A DNA stretch of 64,000 nucleotides from Octopus vulgaris (lineage: Eukaryota). A program made the translations under genes and the position numbers. The notes beneath the pieces were generated by a model. That model saw only the letters and a program-made list of their open reading frames with translations, searched no databases and was not told the origin of the DNA. The stretch is from NCBI GenBank assembly GCA_951406725.2, contig OX597819.1:34472001-34536000 (forward strand), written 5' to 3'. Positions 1 to 12,727 of this stretch are shown one piece after another (position 1 is the first letter of the stretch; every line of letters begins with the position of its first letter).

Positions 1-316
1 CGAGATTCTCTCAGATGATTAGTATTAGTGACTAATTAGATTGGATAACAAATAGGACTGGAATCTAGTTGAATGAGGATATCAAAGATATGGATTTGGT
101 AAGGGTGATAAATAGCATATAAAAAAAGCAAAAGATGGGCTAATTGGTAATTTCAACAAAGATAAAAGAATTTCACTGGAAGATAATATTAATATCAGAA
201 GAACATGGTTGGGTTAATTTAAAATACCACAGTTAGAATAATATTGACTAAAGGGCACAGGCGTGGCTATGTGGTAAGAAGTTGGTTTCCAAACTACATG
301 GTTCCTTTGGTAAGTG

Positions 317-610
317 ATCATCATCATCATCATCATCGTTTAACGTCTGCTTTCCATGCTGGCATGGGTTGGACGGTTTGACTGAGGACTGGCGAGCCAG
401 ATGGCTGCACCAGGCTCCAATCTTGATCTGACAGAGTTTCTACAGCTGGATGCCCTTCCTAACACCAACCACTCCGAGAGTGTAGTGGGTGCTATTAAAT
501 GCCACCGGCACAAGGGCCAGTCAGGCGGTACTTGCGATGGCCACACTCAAATGGTGTTTTTTTATGTGCCACCTGCACAGGAGCCAGTCCAGCAGCATTG
601 GCAACGACCT
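317..610 (-). mobile_element. Family B retro-element 3' end ((GAT)n tail, 5'-truncated)
   Basis: (CAT)n-GTTTAACGTC..CCATGCTGGCATGGGTTGGACGG..GGATGCCCTTCCTAACACCAACCAC; same sequence occurs in about 19 places in the window. Confidence 0.85.
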
Positions 611-744
611 CGTAGACAACAAATTTCCAGCAATTTAATTTTTAGTAATTAAAAGAAATCAGAAGCAATGTTCTAAGCAAAAAGGTACAAAGCACATCTG
701 AGAAGCAATTATATTGTGTACTCAAATCTTCAGTGTCTTCATTA

Positions 745-1005
745 ATAGCCCTGTGTTGACCAAATCCTTGTGAGCAGAATTGGGAGATGAAAACTAAATG
801 AAGCCTATCTTAAGTGTGTGTGTGTGTGTGTATTTATGTATGTATATGTGTATGTGTGTGTGTGTGTGTGTGTGTGCATGTGTGTGTGTGTATATCTATT
901 ACTGTGTTTATCCCCTACCACTGCTTGACAACCGGTGTTGGTGTGTTTGCATCTCTAACTTTGCAGTTCAGCAAAAGAGACTGAAACAAGTAAAAGATAA
1001 AAGTT
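745..1005 (+). mobile_element. SINE family A, partial and diverged
   Basis: Matches the middle of the full copy at 9744-10157, including the internal (TG)n tract. Confidence 0.7.
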
Positions 1006-1032
1006 ATATATAAATATATATATATATATATA

Positions 1033-1235
1033 TTTATTATATAGAAGGAGTTTACAGGACTTCTACAGGACTAGAACTGTTTCATTCAAGAGAAATCTTC
1101 AGAAATCTTCCTGAAGATTTCTCTTGAATGAAACAGTTCTAGTCCTGTAAAGCTCCTTCTATATAATAAATTAATTTTACTCTGCTATGTATTGAGTACC
1201 TTATTTACTGTGGTTAACCCCGAATCAACCCGGGA

Positions 1236-1240
<5 letters not shown>
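1033..1240 (+). mobile_element. Penelope-like fold-back insertion in (TA)n with decayed hammerhead
   Basis: Inverted arms 1033-1102 and 1111-1170; CTGAAGA-TTTCTCTTGAAT-GAAACAGTTCTA at 1111-1141; (TA)n on both flanks. Confidence 0.6.
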
Positions 1241-1280
<40 letters not shown>

Positions 1281-1687
1281 TAGTGATTTGGCTGTAGCAC
1301 TTGCAATTGCTGGATCATGAGTTTGATTCCTGGACTGAGTGGTGTGTTGTGTCCTTGAGCGAAGCACTTCATTCCATGCTGCTATGCGCTTATTTCAATA
1401 TCTGATGAGTGGCACACTTGTCCACCTGCACAGGTAGTGTCAATTTGATGGAAGGAGTGAGCTAATGTACGGCACAAACTTTTGATCATTATAAACAAAT
1501 CATTTGTGCAGCTTGTTCAGCAAAAGCTGAACACTCATATGTCATCTTCAATGGGAGAGTCCATCATGTTTATACACACACACACATATATATATGTATA
1601 CACAAATATATATACATATATATATATACATATATATACACACACATATATATACATATATATACATATATATATACATACATATAT

Positions 1688-2100
1688 ATCATCATCATCA
1701 TCATCATCGTTTAACGTCCGTTCTCCATGCTAGCATGGGTTGGACGGTTCGACCGGGGATCTGGGAAGCCAGAAGGCTGCCCCAGGCTCCAGTCTTATCT
1801 GGCAATGTTTCTACAGCTGGATGCCCTTCCTAATGCCAACCACTCCGTGAGTGTAGTGGGTGCTTTTTACGTGCCACCTGCACAGATGCTAGGCGAGGCT
1901 GGCAACGGCCACAGTCGGATTGGTGGATTTTACGTGCCACCGGCCCGGAAGCCAGTCGAGGCGACGCTGGCATCGGCCACGAGTCGGATAGTGCTTTTTA
2001 CGTACCACCAGTCCAAGGGTCCTGGCTGGTTCAATTCGATTTCGATTTCGATTTCACTTGCCCCAACATGTCTTTGCAAGCAAAGGGGGTTGGCATGGGT
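1688..2100 (-). mobile_element. Family B copy with hairpin monomers and (GAAATC)n segment
   Basis: (CAT)n tail, conserved 3' domain, monomers, then TTCGATTTCGATTTCACTTGCCCCAACA, which resembles the unit in 7006-8635. Confidence 0.85.
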
Positions 2101-2116
2101 ATACATATTTACATAT

Positions 2117-2235
<119 letters not shown>

Positions 2236-2249
2236 TATGTATACACATT

Positions 2250-2565
2250 TGTGGAAGCACAATGGCCCAGTGGTTAAGGCAGCGGACTCGCAGTCGTAGG
2301 ATTGTGGTTTCGCTTCCCAGACCAAGCGTTGTAAGTGTTTATTGAACGAAAACACCTAAATCTCCACGAGGCTCCAGCAGGGGGGGGGGGGTGATCGCTG
2401 CTGTACTCTTTTGCCACAACTTTCTCCCACTTTTTCTTCTGTTGGCCTGCTTGCTTAGCCAGCAGGGTGGCATCATTTGAAGGGTAAAACAACACGAAGC
2501 TCATCGTGACCAGCGATGTGTAGCAACATCTGATAGCCTGTTCAGTCACGGTGGTCACGGTGAGA
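2250..2565 (+). mobile_element. tRNA-derived SINE family C, tail type 1
   Basis: A-box TGGCCCAGTGG and B-box GGTTTCGCTTCC head; near-identical copy at 62373-62676. Confidence 0.85.
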
Positions 2566-2566
2566 T

Positions 2567-2618
<52 letters not shown>

Positions 2619-2742
2619 GTATATATGTATATAGATATATATATAGGAGAAGAAAATAGATATAATAACATATATATATATATATACACACATATATGTA
2701 TACACATTTGTGGACGCGCAATGGCCCAGTCATAGGATCATG

Positions 2743-3362
<620 letters not shown>

Positions 3363-3519
3363 GGGCGTTAGAAACACCTACATTGCTAGAAATAAGAGCT
3401 AAAATGTCATAATGCTGTAGTCAATGCACATGACTGTATAGCTATGTACTGACAGGGATTGTAATCATCTGAAAATACTGTTTGAAATTGCCGAAGCTGA
3501 TCAGTCAGTATAAGACTCT

Positions 3520-3805
3520 TTGACCAAACTGCTATGTTACGGGAATATAAACACACCAACATTGGTTGTCAAGCAACAGTGATGGGGACAAACACAGAAA
3601 CATGCACACAAATATATACATACACACACACACACACATATATATATATAAACATTCACGATGAGATACTTTCAGTTTCCATCTATCAAATCCACTCATA
3701 AGGCTTTAATAGAAGAGACTTGCCCAAGGTGCCATGCAATGGGGGCTGAACCCAGAACCATATGGTTGGGAAGCAAGCTTCTTACCACACAGCCACGCCT
3801 GCACC
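3520..3805 (-). mobile_element. SINE family A
   Basis: Reverse complement of A head (..CTTACCACACAGCCACGCCTGCACC) and body. Confidence 0.8.
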
Positions 3806-3967
3806 TAGACTAATGTGAAGAAGAGCAACAGATTTTACTTTGAGGTTTCTTTGAAGAATTAAGTATTATCAAGAGCTTTATGTAGCACGACATTGGTCCA
3901 TAGGAAGATAACATTAATAATATGAAGTAAATATCAACAATGCTCGATAATACAAACCTGACATTGT

Positions 3968-4007
<40 letters not shown>

Positions 4008-5160
4008 CTGAGTTTATAGCATAAAACCTGAATATATAATGTAAACCTGTAAAACGAAGTCTGGCAAATATATCAGATCAAAATACTTCACTGTTTGAAG
4101 TCCGAAGTAACTGGAGGCAACAGAAATTGCCGTCACAATAAATTCATCAGATAATAACTAGTTGTAAACCACTGGCATTCTATATTTTATTCTCCTACTT
4201 TAACAACAACACTTAGAGTAAGAACGGTTATTGGTAATAGCCATTGGTGCAGCTTCTGGCAGGCACTGATGGACTACAGTTTAAAAGAGGAAGCCTAGAA
4301 CAAAGAAATTATAAGTAATGTGGATATTTTAAAAGAATGAGAGAAAGAGAGAGAGAGGAGGGGAGTAAGTAGTGGAGAAGGTCTTAGAGAAGAGCTGCAG
4401 TTAATATGGTAGCTAAAAGAGGAGAGAGAATAAGCTACAAGAAAAATAACCATTTAATCCATGCCAACATGTAAGAGCAGACATTAAAGCAATGATGGCT
4501 TTAATTGTATTGGTGCTGTTGCTCGGCTTGTTGACTGTAATAATAATAACAATAATGAATAATGATGAATGAAAATGAATATCCAAACTGACAGCTTCAC
4601 AAGACCACATTCCTATGCATAAATACATACTGATATACACATGCACACATATACACACACACACATATACACATACATATATGTATATATATATATGCAT
4701 ACACACATGAATATATGGGTGAAAGTTTTAAGTGGTACAAAAAGGGGAAATATATACACAATAGCCTATAGATACATACACAATTTTTGCCAATAAACTA
4801 ATTAGATAATGGCATTTTAGTAATTCAGAAAAAAAAGTGGGTGGGTTGGGTAGAAAAAAAATTGAGAGTCTTTGAAGTGAAAATCCATTGAATATTAATA
4901 CTTTGTATGGTTCCAGTTCTGTTTATTAGGATTCAACATTTTGGTAAGCTTCACTTTTGTTTGGAATTGAAAGAAAAAAAAATGTTGTGAAAACATAAAA
5001 TTCAATATTACCATCTTGAAGCAACAGATTTTTAACAATATTATTTATCAAGCGAAGAAGTATAAATGGACTAAGAGCAATATTGATTGTTTCCTATGCC
5101 CACACATATTATAATATAATATAATATAGACATATGTATGTGTGTGTGTGTGTGTGTATA

Positions 5161-5302
5161 CCGGAGTAAACACATAAATGTGAAACAAGGTGGAAAAAAG
5201 AGTACTCAAATACCAGTGGTAGAGTAATATGTTTTATTTAAAGCAGCAGAAAATTCAACAAAACCTGTTACTCGTGAGTTTCCCGTTGCCGTTCATCGGA
5301 CA
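5161..5302 (-). mobile_element. Penelope-like short insertion (hammerhead plus 3' tail)
   Basis: Hammerhead at its 5' end, then AATAAA and GTATTTGAGTAC motif; abuts (TG/TA)n. Confidence 0.65.
5266..5302 (-). ncRNA. Minimal hammerhead ribozyme motif, CCGAUGA core variant
   Basis: Minus strand UGU-CCGAUGA-ACGGCAACGG-GAA-ACUC(AC)GAGU-A-ACA: stems I, II and III all present; GUA triplet. Confidence 0.65.
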
Positions 5303-5396
5303 TATATGGTGTGTTATGTGAATTTATGAAAAGGAATCCCATAAAACTCAACAAATTTGTTAAAGGACGAAATATAATTCAACCTTTTCAATCTTT

Positions 5397-5444
<48 letters not shown>

Positions 5445-5477
5445 TCATAAAAATACGTATATTATTATATATTCTAT

Positions 5478-5830
5478 TTTTAGTTGCTTCAGTCTTTAGA
5501 CAGTTGGCCATGCTGGGGCACTGTCTTGAAGAAATTTTAGTTCACTAATTCAACCCCAGTAATTATTTCTTTTAAGCCTTGTACTTATTCTGTCAGTCTC
5601 TTTTTACCAAACCACTAAGTTGCAGGGACATAAACAAACCAACACCGGTTGTCAAGTGATGATGGGAGACAAACACAGACACAAACACACTCACACACTC
5701 ACATATATACGACAAGCTTCTTTCAGTTTCAATCAACCAAATCCACTCACAAGGCCTTGATCAGCACCAAGCAATAGTAGAAGACACCTACCCGAGTTGC
5801 CATGCAGTGGCAAGATTCTTACCATGAGGC
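5478..5830 (-). mobile_element. SINE family A, diverged
   Basis: Similarity to A copies. Confidence 0.75.
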
Positions 5831-6500
5831 CATCATCATTTAACGTCTTTCTTCCATGCTAATATGGGTAGGACAATTCAACATGAACTGACAAGCCAGT
5901 AGATTGTATTAAGCTCCAATGTCTGCTTTGGCATGATTTCTGCAGCTGGATATCCCCCTACTGACACAGACCACTTCACAAAGTGCGATAGATGCTTTTA
6001 TTGCAGCACCTGCAGTGTTCAGGTCCCCAAATACTTACAAGATAAGATCTCTCAACTGAGCAGAGTATAGTATTGAGGAAAAAGCACCATCCATTCGTGT
6101 CCGTTGCCAGCCTCGCCTGGCCCTCGTGCCGGTGGCACATAAAAAGCACCATCCGTTCATGGCCGTTTGCCAGCTCTGTCTGGCACCTGTGTGGGTGGCA
6201 CGTAAAAAGCACCCACTACACTCACGGAGTGGTTGGCGTTAGGAAGGGAATCCAGCCGTAGAAACACTGCCAGATTTGACTGGGCCTGATGAAGCCTTCC
6301 AGCTTCACAGACCCCAGTAGAACTGTCCAACCCATGCTAGCATGGAAAACGGACGCTAAACGATGATGATGATGATGATAGGATAGGAGCAGGTGTCTTA
6401 CTGAAAAGGTGAATACGTGGCTTCCCTATCTGGAAAGAGAGACAGAGCTATGTGAGATTAAGGAACAAAGTGAATATGGAGAGAGAGAGAGAGAGAGAGA
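5830..6500 (-). mobile_element. Old B-related element interrupted by a young B copy
   Basis: 5830-6078 plus 6379-6500 align with the uninterrupted relative at 15840-15990. Confidence 0.7.
6079..6378 (+). mobile_element. Family B copy (young)
   Basis: Two monomers, conserved 3' domain, (GAT)n tail. Confidence 0.9.
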
Positions 6501-6813
6501 GAGTGGACAGAAAAGCAGAAAAGATAGGTAGTTTAGCCAAGTGGTCACCAATTTAGTAGTCTGGCTAAATTAAATCTTCTTCCAATACGGTTGATTGATT
6601 GGTTGCTCCAAAAGGAACCAATATGAAGGCAATGGCAGTGCTAGCAGTGTGCGCGAGAATGCCTCCGAGAAGGCAACATTGTTTTGTTTCTTTTTAAGCC
6701 TGGTACTTATTCTATCAGTCTCTTTTGCTGAACTGCTAAGTAACTGGGACATAAACAAACCAACACCAGTTATCAATCACTGGTTGGGTGGGGAGACAAA
6801 TGCAGATGCAGAG

Positions 6814-6853
<40 letters not shown>

Positions 6854-6968
6854 AAGGTGGTGCTCCAGCATGGCCACAGTCAAATGACTGAAACAAGTAA
6901 AAGAATATAAAAGAATATATATATATATGGCCACAGTCAAATGACTGAAACAAGTAAAAGAATAAAAG

Positions 6969-7005
<37 letters not shown>

Positions 7006-7008
<3 letters not shown>

Positions 7009-8635
7009 TCATCATCATCATCATCATCATTTAACGTCCGCTTTCCATGCTAGCATGGGTTGGACGGTTCAACTGGGGTCTGGGGAGCCCGAAGGCTGCA
7101 CCAGGCCAGTCAGATCTGGCAGTGTTTCTACAGCTGGATGCCCTTCCTAACGCCAACCACTCCGAGAGTGTAGTGGGTGATTTTATGTGCCACCAACACA
7201 GGTGCCAGACGAGGCTGGCGAACGGCCACGCTCGGATGGTGTTTTTATGTGCCACCGACACAGGTGCCAGACGAAGCTGGCGAATGGCCACGCTCAGATG
7301 GTGTTTTTATGTGCCACCGACACAGGTGCCAGACGAGGCTGGCGAACGGCCACGCTCGGATGGTGTTGCTCGGATGGTGTTTTTATGTGCCACTGACACA
7401 GGTGCCAGACGAGGCTGGCGAACGGCCACGCTCGGATGGTGTTTTTATGTGCCACCGACACAGGTGCCAGATGAGGCTGACGAACGGCCACGATCGGATG
7501 GTGTTTCTTACGTGCCCACAGCACAGAGGCCAGTCGATGCGGTACTGGCTACGGCCACGTTCGGATGGTTTTCTTGTGTGCCACCGGCACTGGTACCACA
7601 AAGATACAAATTCCATTGATGTTCATCTATTTTGATTTGATTTGATTTGATTTGATTTTCACTTGCCTCAACAGGTCTTCACAAGTGTCACAAGAAGGAA
7701 GGAAGGTATGCACAGGTGAACTGACAACGTCCCAGGTAGGGGCCACGGGTTATGGCCTGACTAATCTTGCCGGGTCTTCGGATGATGTTTTTATGTGCCT
7801 CCGACACAGGTGCCAGATGGATGGTGTTTGTTACATGCCCACAGTACGGAAGCCAGTCGATGCGGTACTGGCTACGGCCACGTTCGGATGGTTTTCTTGT
7901 GTGCCACCGGCACTGGTACCACAAAGATACAAATTCCATTGATGTTCATCTATTTTGATTTGATTTGATTTGATTTGATCACTTGTCTCAACAGGACTTC
8001 ACAAGTGTCACAAGAAGGAAGGTATGCACAGGTGGACTGACTACGTCCCAGGTAGAGGCCACGGGTTATGGCCTGACTAGTCTTGCCGGTTCTTCGGATG
8101 GTGTTTTTATGTGCCACCGACACAGGTGCCAGATGAGGCTGGCGAACGGCCACGATCGGATGGTGTTTGTTATGAGCCCACAGCACAGAGGCCAGTCGAT
8201 GCGGTACTGGCTACGGCCATGTTCGGATGGTTATCTTGTGTGCCACCGGCCCTGGTACCACAAAGATACAAATTCCATTGATGTTCATCTATTTTGATTT
8301 GTTTTGATTTGATCACTTGCCTCAACAGGTCTTCACAAGTGTCACAAGAAGGAAGGTATGCACAGGCGGACTGACTACGTCCCAGGTAGGGGCCACGGGT
8401 TATGGCCTGACTAGTCTTGCCGGGTCTTCAGATGGTGTTTTTATGTGCCACCGACACAGGTGCCTGATGAGGCTGGCGAACGGACATGATCGGATGGTGT
8501 TTGTTACATGCCCACAGCATGGAGGTCAGTCGATGCGGTACTGGCTACGGCCACGTTCGGATGGTTTTCTTGTGTGCCACCGGCACTGGTACCATAAAGA
8601 TACAAATTCCATTGATGTTCATCTATTTTATTTTG
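7006..8635 (-). mobile_element. Long family B copy with ~60-bp monomer array and ~335-bp higher-order repeat (about 3.3 units)
   Basis: Block CAAAGATACAAATTCCATTGATGTTCATCTATTTT ends near 7633, 7956, 8295 and 8629; about five 60-bp monomers at 7180-7500. Confidence 0.9.
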
Positions 8636-8862
8636 ATATATTCTTTTATTCTTTTACTTGTTTCAGTCATTTGACTGTGGCCATGCTGGAGCACCACCTT
8701 AAAGGGTTTTATTAGTCAAAGAAATCGCCCCCAGCATCTACTCTTTGTAAGCCTAGTACTTATTTTATCAGTTTCTTTTACCAAATTGCTAAGTTACAGG
8801 GACGTAAACACACCAACATTCATTGTCAAACAATGGCGAGGGGCAAATACAAACACACACAC

Positions 8863-8926
<64 letters not shown>

Positions 8927-9235
8927 GCCTGTGTGTGTGAAGGGTTTTTTTCAGTTTCCATCAAACAAATCCACTCAGAAAGCTTTAGTTGGTTTGAGGC
9001 TATAGTAAAAGATACTTGCCCAAGGTTCCACACTGTGGGACTGAACCTGGAATCCTATGGTTGGGAAGCAAGCTTCTTATCACACAACCACATCTGCTCA
9101 CAAACATATATATACATGGTCAGCCTGCCTGAGGCTATAGAAGAAGGTGCTTGCCCGAGGTAGCATGCAGTGGGACTGAACCTGGAATCATGTGGTTGAG
9201 AAGCAAGCATCTTACCACATAGCCATGCCTTCACT
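8636..9235 (-). mobile_element. SINE family A with duplicated head
   Basis: Tail, body, internal (TA)n and two head segments (about 8940-9100 and 9117-9235). Confidence 0.8.
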
Positions 9236-9743
9236 TATTCAATATTCTGATATTTAATATCCAAACAGAAAACATTATTAATTGTCCTTTTGTTGCTATC
9301 ATTAACTAATTAAACTTTGTTGATTTACTAATATTATCTTCTATTTCATTGATGTTGGCTTTTAGTGTACTTTCTTTCAATTCACAGAATAGCTGTGTGT
9401 GTGTGTGTGTGTGTGTGTGTGCTTGCACGCATGCACACGCACACACACACACACAGCCACATTGGAACATTCCCACTTATATTTGTTATTCTAAATATCT
9501 TTTGAACTTTTAAAATATTAACCAAAGTGTCTAAAATCTGCTTTATAAAAGAACTTTTGAAAAATAGCTTTTCAAAAAAGATTTTGGAAGGAAACAATTT
9601 ATTAAAATTTTGGCAGACCAACACTAAATTTCCTTATTTGCAATGTTCCAACAAGGAATCACCATCATCATCATCATCATCATCATCTTTTTGCATCCAT
9701 CTTTCATAATGGCACTGGTTGAACAGTTTAACAGAATCAACTA

Positions 9744-10157
9744 GGCGCAGGAGTGGCTGTGTGGTAAGTAGCTTGCTAACCAACCACATGGTTCCAGGTT
9801 CAATCCCACTGTGTGGCATCTTGGGCAAGTGTCTTCTGCTATAGCCCCAGGCCGACCAATGCCTTGTGAGTGGATTTGGTAGACGGAAACTGAAAGAAGC
9901 CTGTCGTATATATGTATATATATATAAGTGTGTGTGTGTGTGTGTTTGTGTGTCTGTGTTTGTCCCTCTAGCATTGCTTGACAACCGATGCTGGTGTGTT
10001 TATGTCCCCGTCACTTAGCGGTTTGGCAAAAGAGACCGATAGAATAAGTACTGGGCTTACAAAGAATAAGTCCCAGAGTCGATTTGCTCGACTAAAGGCG
10101 GTGCTCCAGCATGGCCGCAGTCAAATGATTGAAACAAGTAAAAGAGTAAAAGAGAGT
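9744..10157 (+). mobile_element. Full-length tRNA-derived SINE family A (CORE-like motif, internal microsatellite)
   Basis: A-box TGGCTGTGTGG, B-box GGTTCAATCCC, CORE-like GGCATCTTGGGCAAGTG, (GTAAAAGA)n tail. Confidence 0.9.
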
Positions 10158-10655
10158 AACTGGTCTGAGACCATCATATGCTTCAATGTATTCTTTGGCA
10201 TGGCTTCTGACCGTTTGCCCTTCCTAACACCAGCCACTTTACAGAGTGTACTTTTTGCATACCACCAGCACTACTGAGACTGTCATGCAGCATATGTGTA
10301 ACAGGATGAAAGGTCTTTAACACTGGAGGACTTTAAATCATCATCCCTTACATTAAATTATTTGTCGAAGGAAAAGCCAAGACTTCGAATATCTTCAACA
10401 ACATAAATATTTTTATTTCCTGCATTTGCAATAATATATATATATATATATATATTTCCTTCAGGGAAAATCGGTAGCCATGGAGCTAGTTGCTGTAGTT
10501 AAATGGTGTGAACCAAATGCTGTCTCATTCCAGCATAGTGTATCTTCGCCACGTGGTGGCAGCTTGGTAGAGCTGTGAGAACACGTCTGTTCAATTCGGC
10601 TGTCAGCTTCGAGAGAGAGTTCGATACACGGAAAGTTTTGTTGCTGCTAGTTCTC

Positions 10656-10740
10656 TGCGCATGCACATGAGGGAACTTCCGGCAGACCTCCTGGAAGAAT
10701 CCAACTCTGCTCATGCGTGCTGAAGACTTCCAAAATGGCG
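10656..10740 (+). promoter_or_regulatory. Putative transposon promoter (NRF1-, ETS- and YY1-like motifs)
   Basis: TGCGCATGCA 10656, ACTTCCGG 10675, TGCTCATGCG 10708, AAAATGGCG 10732, directly upstream of the transposase remnant. Confidence 0.4.
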
Positions 10741-12718
10741 TCACTACAAATGTATTAGACATTTTAAAATTTATTTATATAAAAGAAAAAAAATTAGCTA
10801 ACTGGAAGTACTGAACTAAAGAAGTTATTTTACTGACCATGTTTGTCATTTAGTTGAGAAAAAAACTGTTTGGAATGATAAAGATTATTATGATTTAATC
10901 TACATAATCTACATGTGGTTATACTAAAACATGAACATTTTCAAAGACACATAAAATCCCTGACTGATCTTAAAATATTTATATATGTCTACATAGACTT
11001 ACAATTAGATGTGCATAAAAGACCGAGCACACAGCAGCATAATGAAGTTAATGCAACAGAGCTTTTCTCCAAAGATTGATGCATAGTTTGTCTTTTTTAG
11101 GTCACCAGGAATTCATTTTGTTGGCATTCTGAATCCAAAGCATCCAAAGATCACAGGAATTATAAAACACAACTTTTATATTTAATTAGCAAGTATGACG
11201 AAAAATTGGCAAGCCATCTAGATTCAGTTTCTGTTATCTCAAGTCCCTCAAACAGAATTCAAAATGACTTGATTGATGTGATTCAAAAGCTTATTTGTTG
11301 CTATTCTTGTAGGTGAAACATCCAATTTTTCAAACTATTCACAACTGTCAACTGTTTTAAGTTACGTTACAAAAGATAATGTTGCTAATGAACGGTTTAT
11401 CAGTGTTTTAACCATGTTAGTGCAGATCACTCAGCGAACACTTTAGCTAAACATGCCTTTAAATGCATTGAAACATGGAAGCGTGAAAACAAATTAATTG
11501 CTCAAACCTATAGTGGTTTCACAAAAATGGTAGGACAATTAAATAGCTTGCAATCAAAGGTAAGAGGGAAATGTAAGTCTGTGATCTTCATTCATTATTG
11601 TGCTCATATACTAAATTTAGTTCTTTTACAAACATGTTCTGTTATAAAAAAGGATACAAAGTTTGTTTTTTTCTGCAATAAATGGACTGGGTATGTTTTT
11701 TACAAAATCTCCTAAAAGATCCAATGCATAAGACAATATTGTTAAAAAAGATTTCCAAAAGCAGCAGCACAACTAGATAAAATTACTTGTTACATCTCAT
11801 TAATAACATAAAAGAAAAATGTGGTTTCCTTTATGAAGACTTCATTTGAAAACAAGTATGGGATAAGGCCACTATAAATTCAGCAATTGGATTCTTCCAT
11901 AATTTAATTTGGATTTATTTGTTTCTATTAGAAGTATTTAGTGATATATTTTCCTTTGCTGATGTCTTATTTGACATCCTTCAGGCTAAAAGACTTGACA
12001 TTGTGTATTGCAATGAACAAATTGACAAAAGTAGAACTGTGTTCAAAAATAAACTGAATGACTTTTCAGCCTTTTTATAAAATGTTGGAGAAAAAATATG
12101 ATATAGATGCAGCAATCTAAATTAAGTGATCCAGGAATAAATCTATTGACCCACAACAACATTATTGAATGTTCTGCAACAGAATTATTGGTACAGTAGT
12201 TGATCAATTAAAAATAAGACATTCATTATTAGAAGAGCTTAAATTCATGGAACAAAATCAATTTAAGCAAAGCTGAAGAATATTGCAAAAAAATTTCCAG
12301 TGGATGCTTTAAATTCTTTGAAAACCACTTATGGTAGTTTTGTTGATATAATTCGTTTGCAGAGTGAACTAAATGTTGTATATTCAATGGAAGATTTTAA
12401 ATAGCAAATTTAATGCATCACATTTATATCAATGATTTTTATTGATGCTAAGCCAGAACTCTTCAATCTTTGCAATTTGATTTTGACAATTCTTTCTACA
12501 AATGCCTCTGTAGAGACGTCATTTTCTGCACTGAACAGAATTAAAACCTACCAGAATTACAAGAGGAGAAAAAGACTTTCAGGCTTAGTTCTTATGTCAT
12601 TTGAAAAAGATTTGCTCCAAGAATTAATTAAAACAGCAGATTTCTATGAAAATGTATGAAATATATTTACTCCTAAAAATAAAAGGAGTGCATTATATTA
12701 TAATCGGGGTAAGTAAAT
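10735..12718 (+). pseudogene. Decayed hAT transposase (ZMYM1/DUF4371-type with hATC dimerisation domain)
   Basis: Motifs SNRIQNDLID, ILVGETS..SQLSTVL.YV, AQTY.G..MVG, FIHYCAHILNLVL, TNASVETSFSALNRIKTY..RLSGL in collinear order with stops and frameshifts. Confidence 0.9.
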
Positions 12719-12727
12719 AGCTATTTG

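Noticed and set aside
4090-4152. CUGAUGA on minus strand with nearby hairpin
   Set aside because: Second half of the hammerhead core is missing
7180-7500. CRISPR-like or HDV-ribozyme reading of the 60-bp monomers
   Set aside because: No unique spacers and no cas genes; the two hairpins are serial, not a nested double pseudoknot
7047-7619. 190-aa ORF and similar MLAWVGRF/WCFYVPP ORFs
   Set aside because: They arise from GC-rich family B monomers, are open in several frames on both strands and show no domain signature
7655-7690. CUGUUGAGGCAAGUGAAA (minus) as a hammerhead in family B
   Set aside because: No stem I or stem III can be formed; a simple CACTTG/CAAGTG hairpin explains it better
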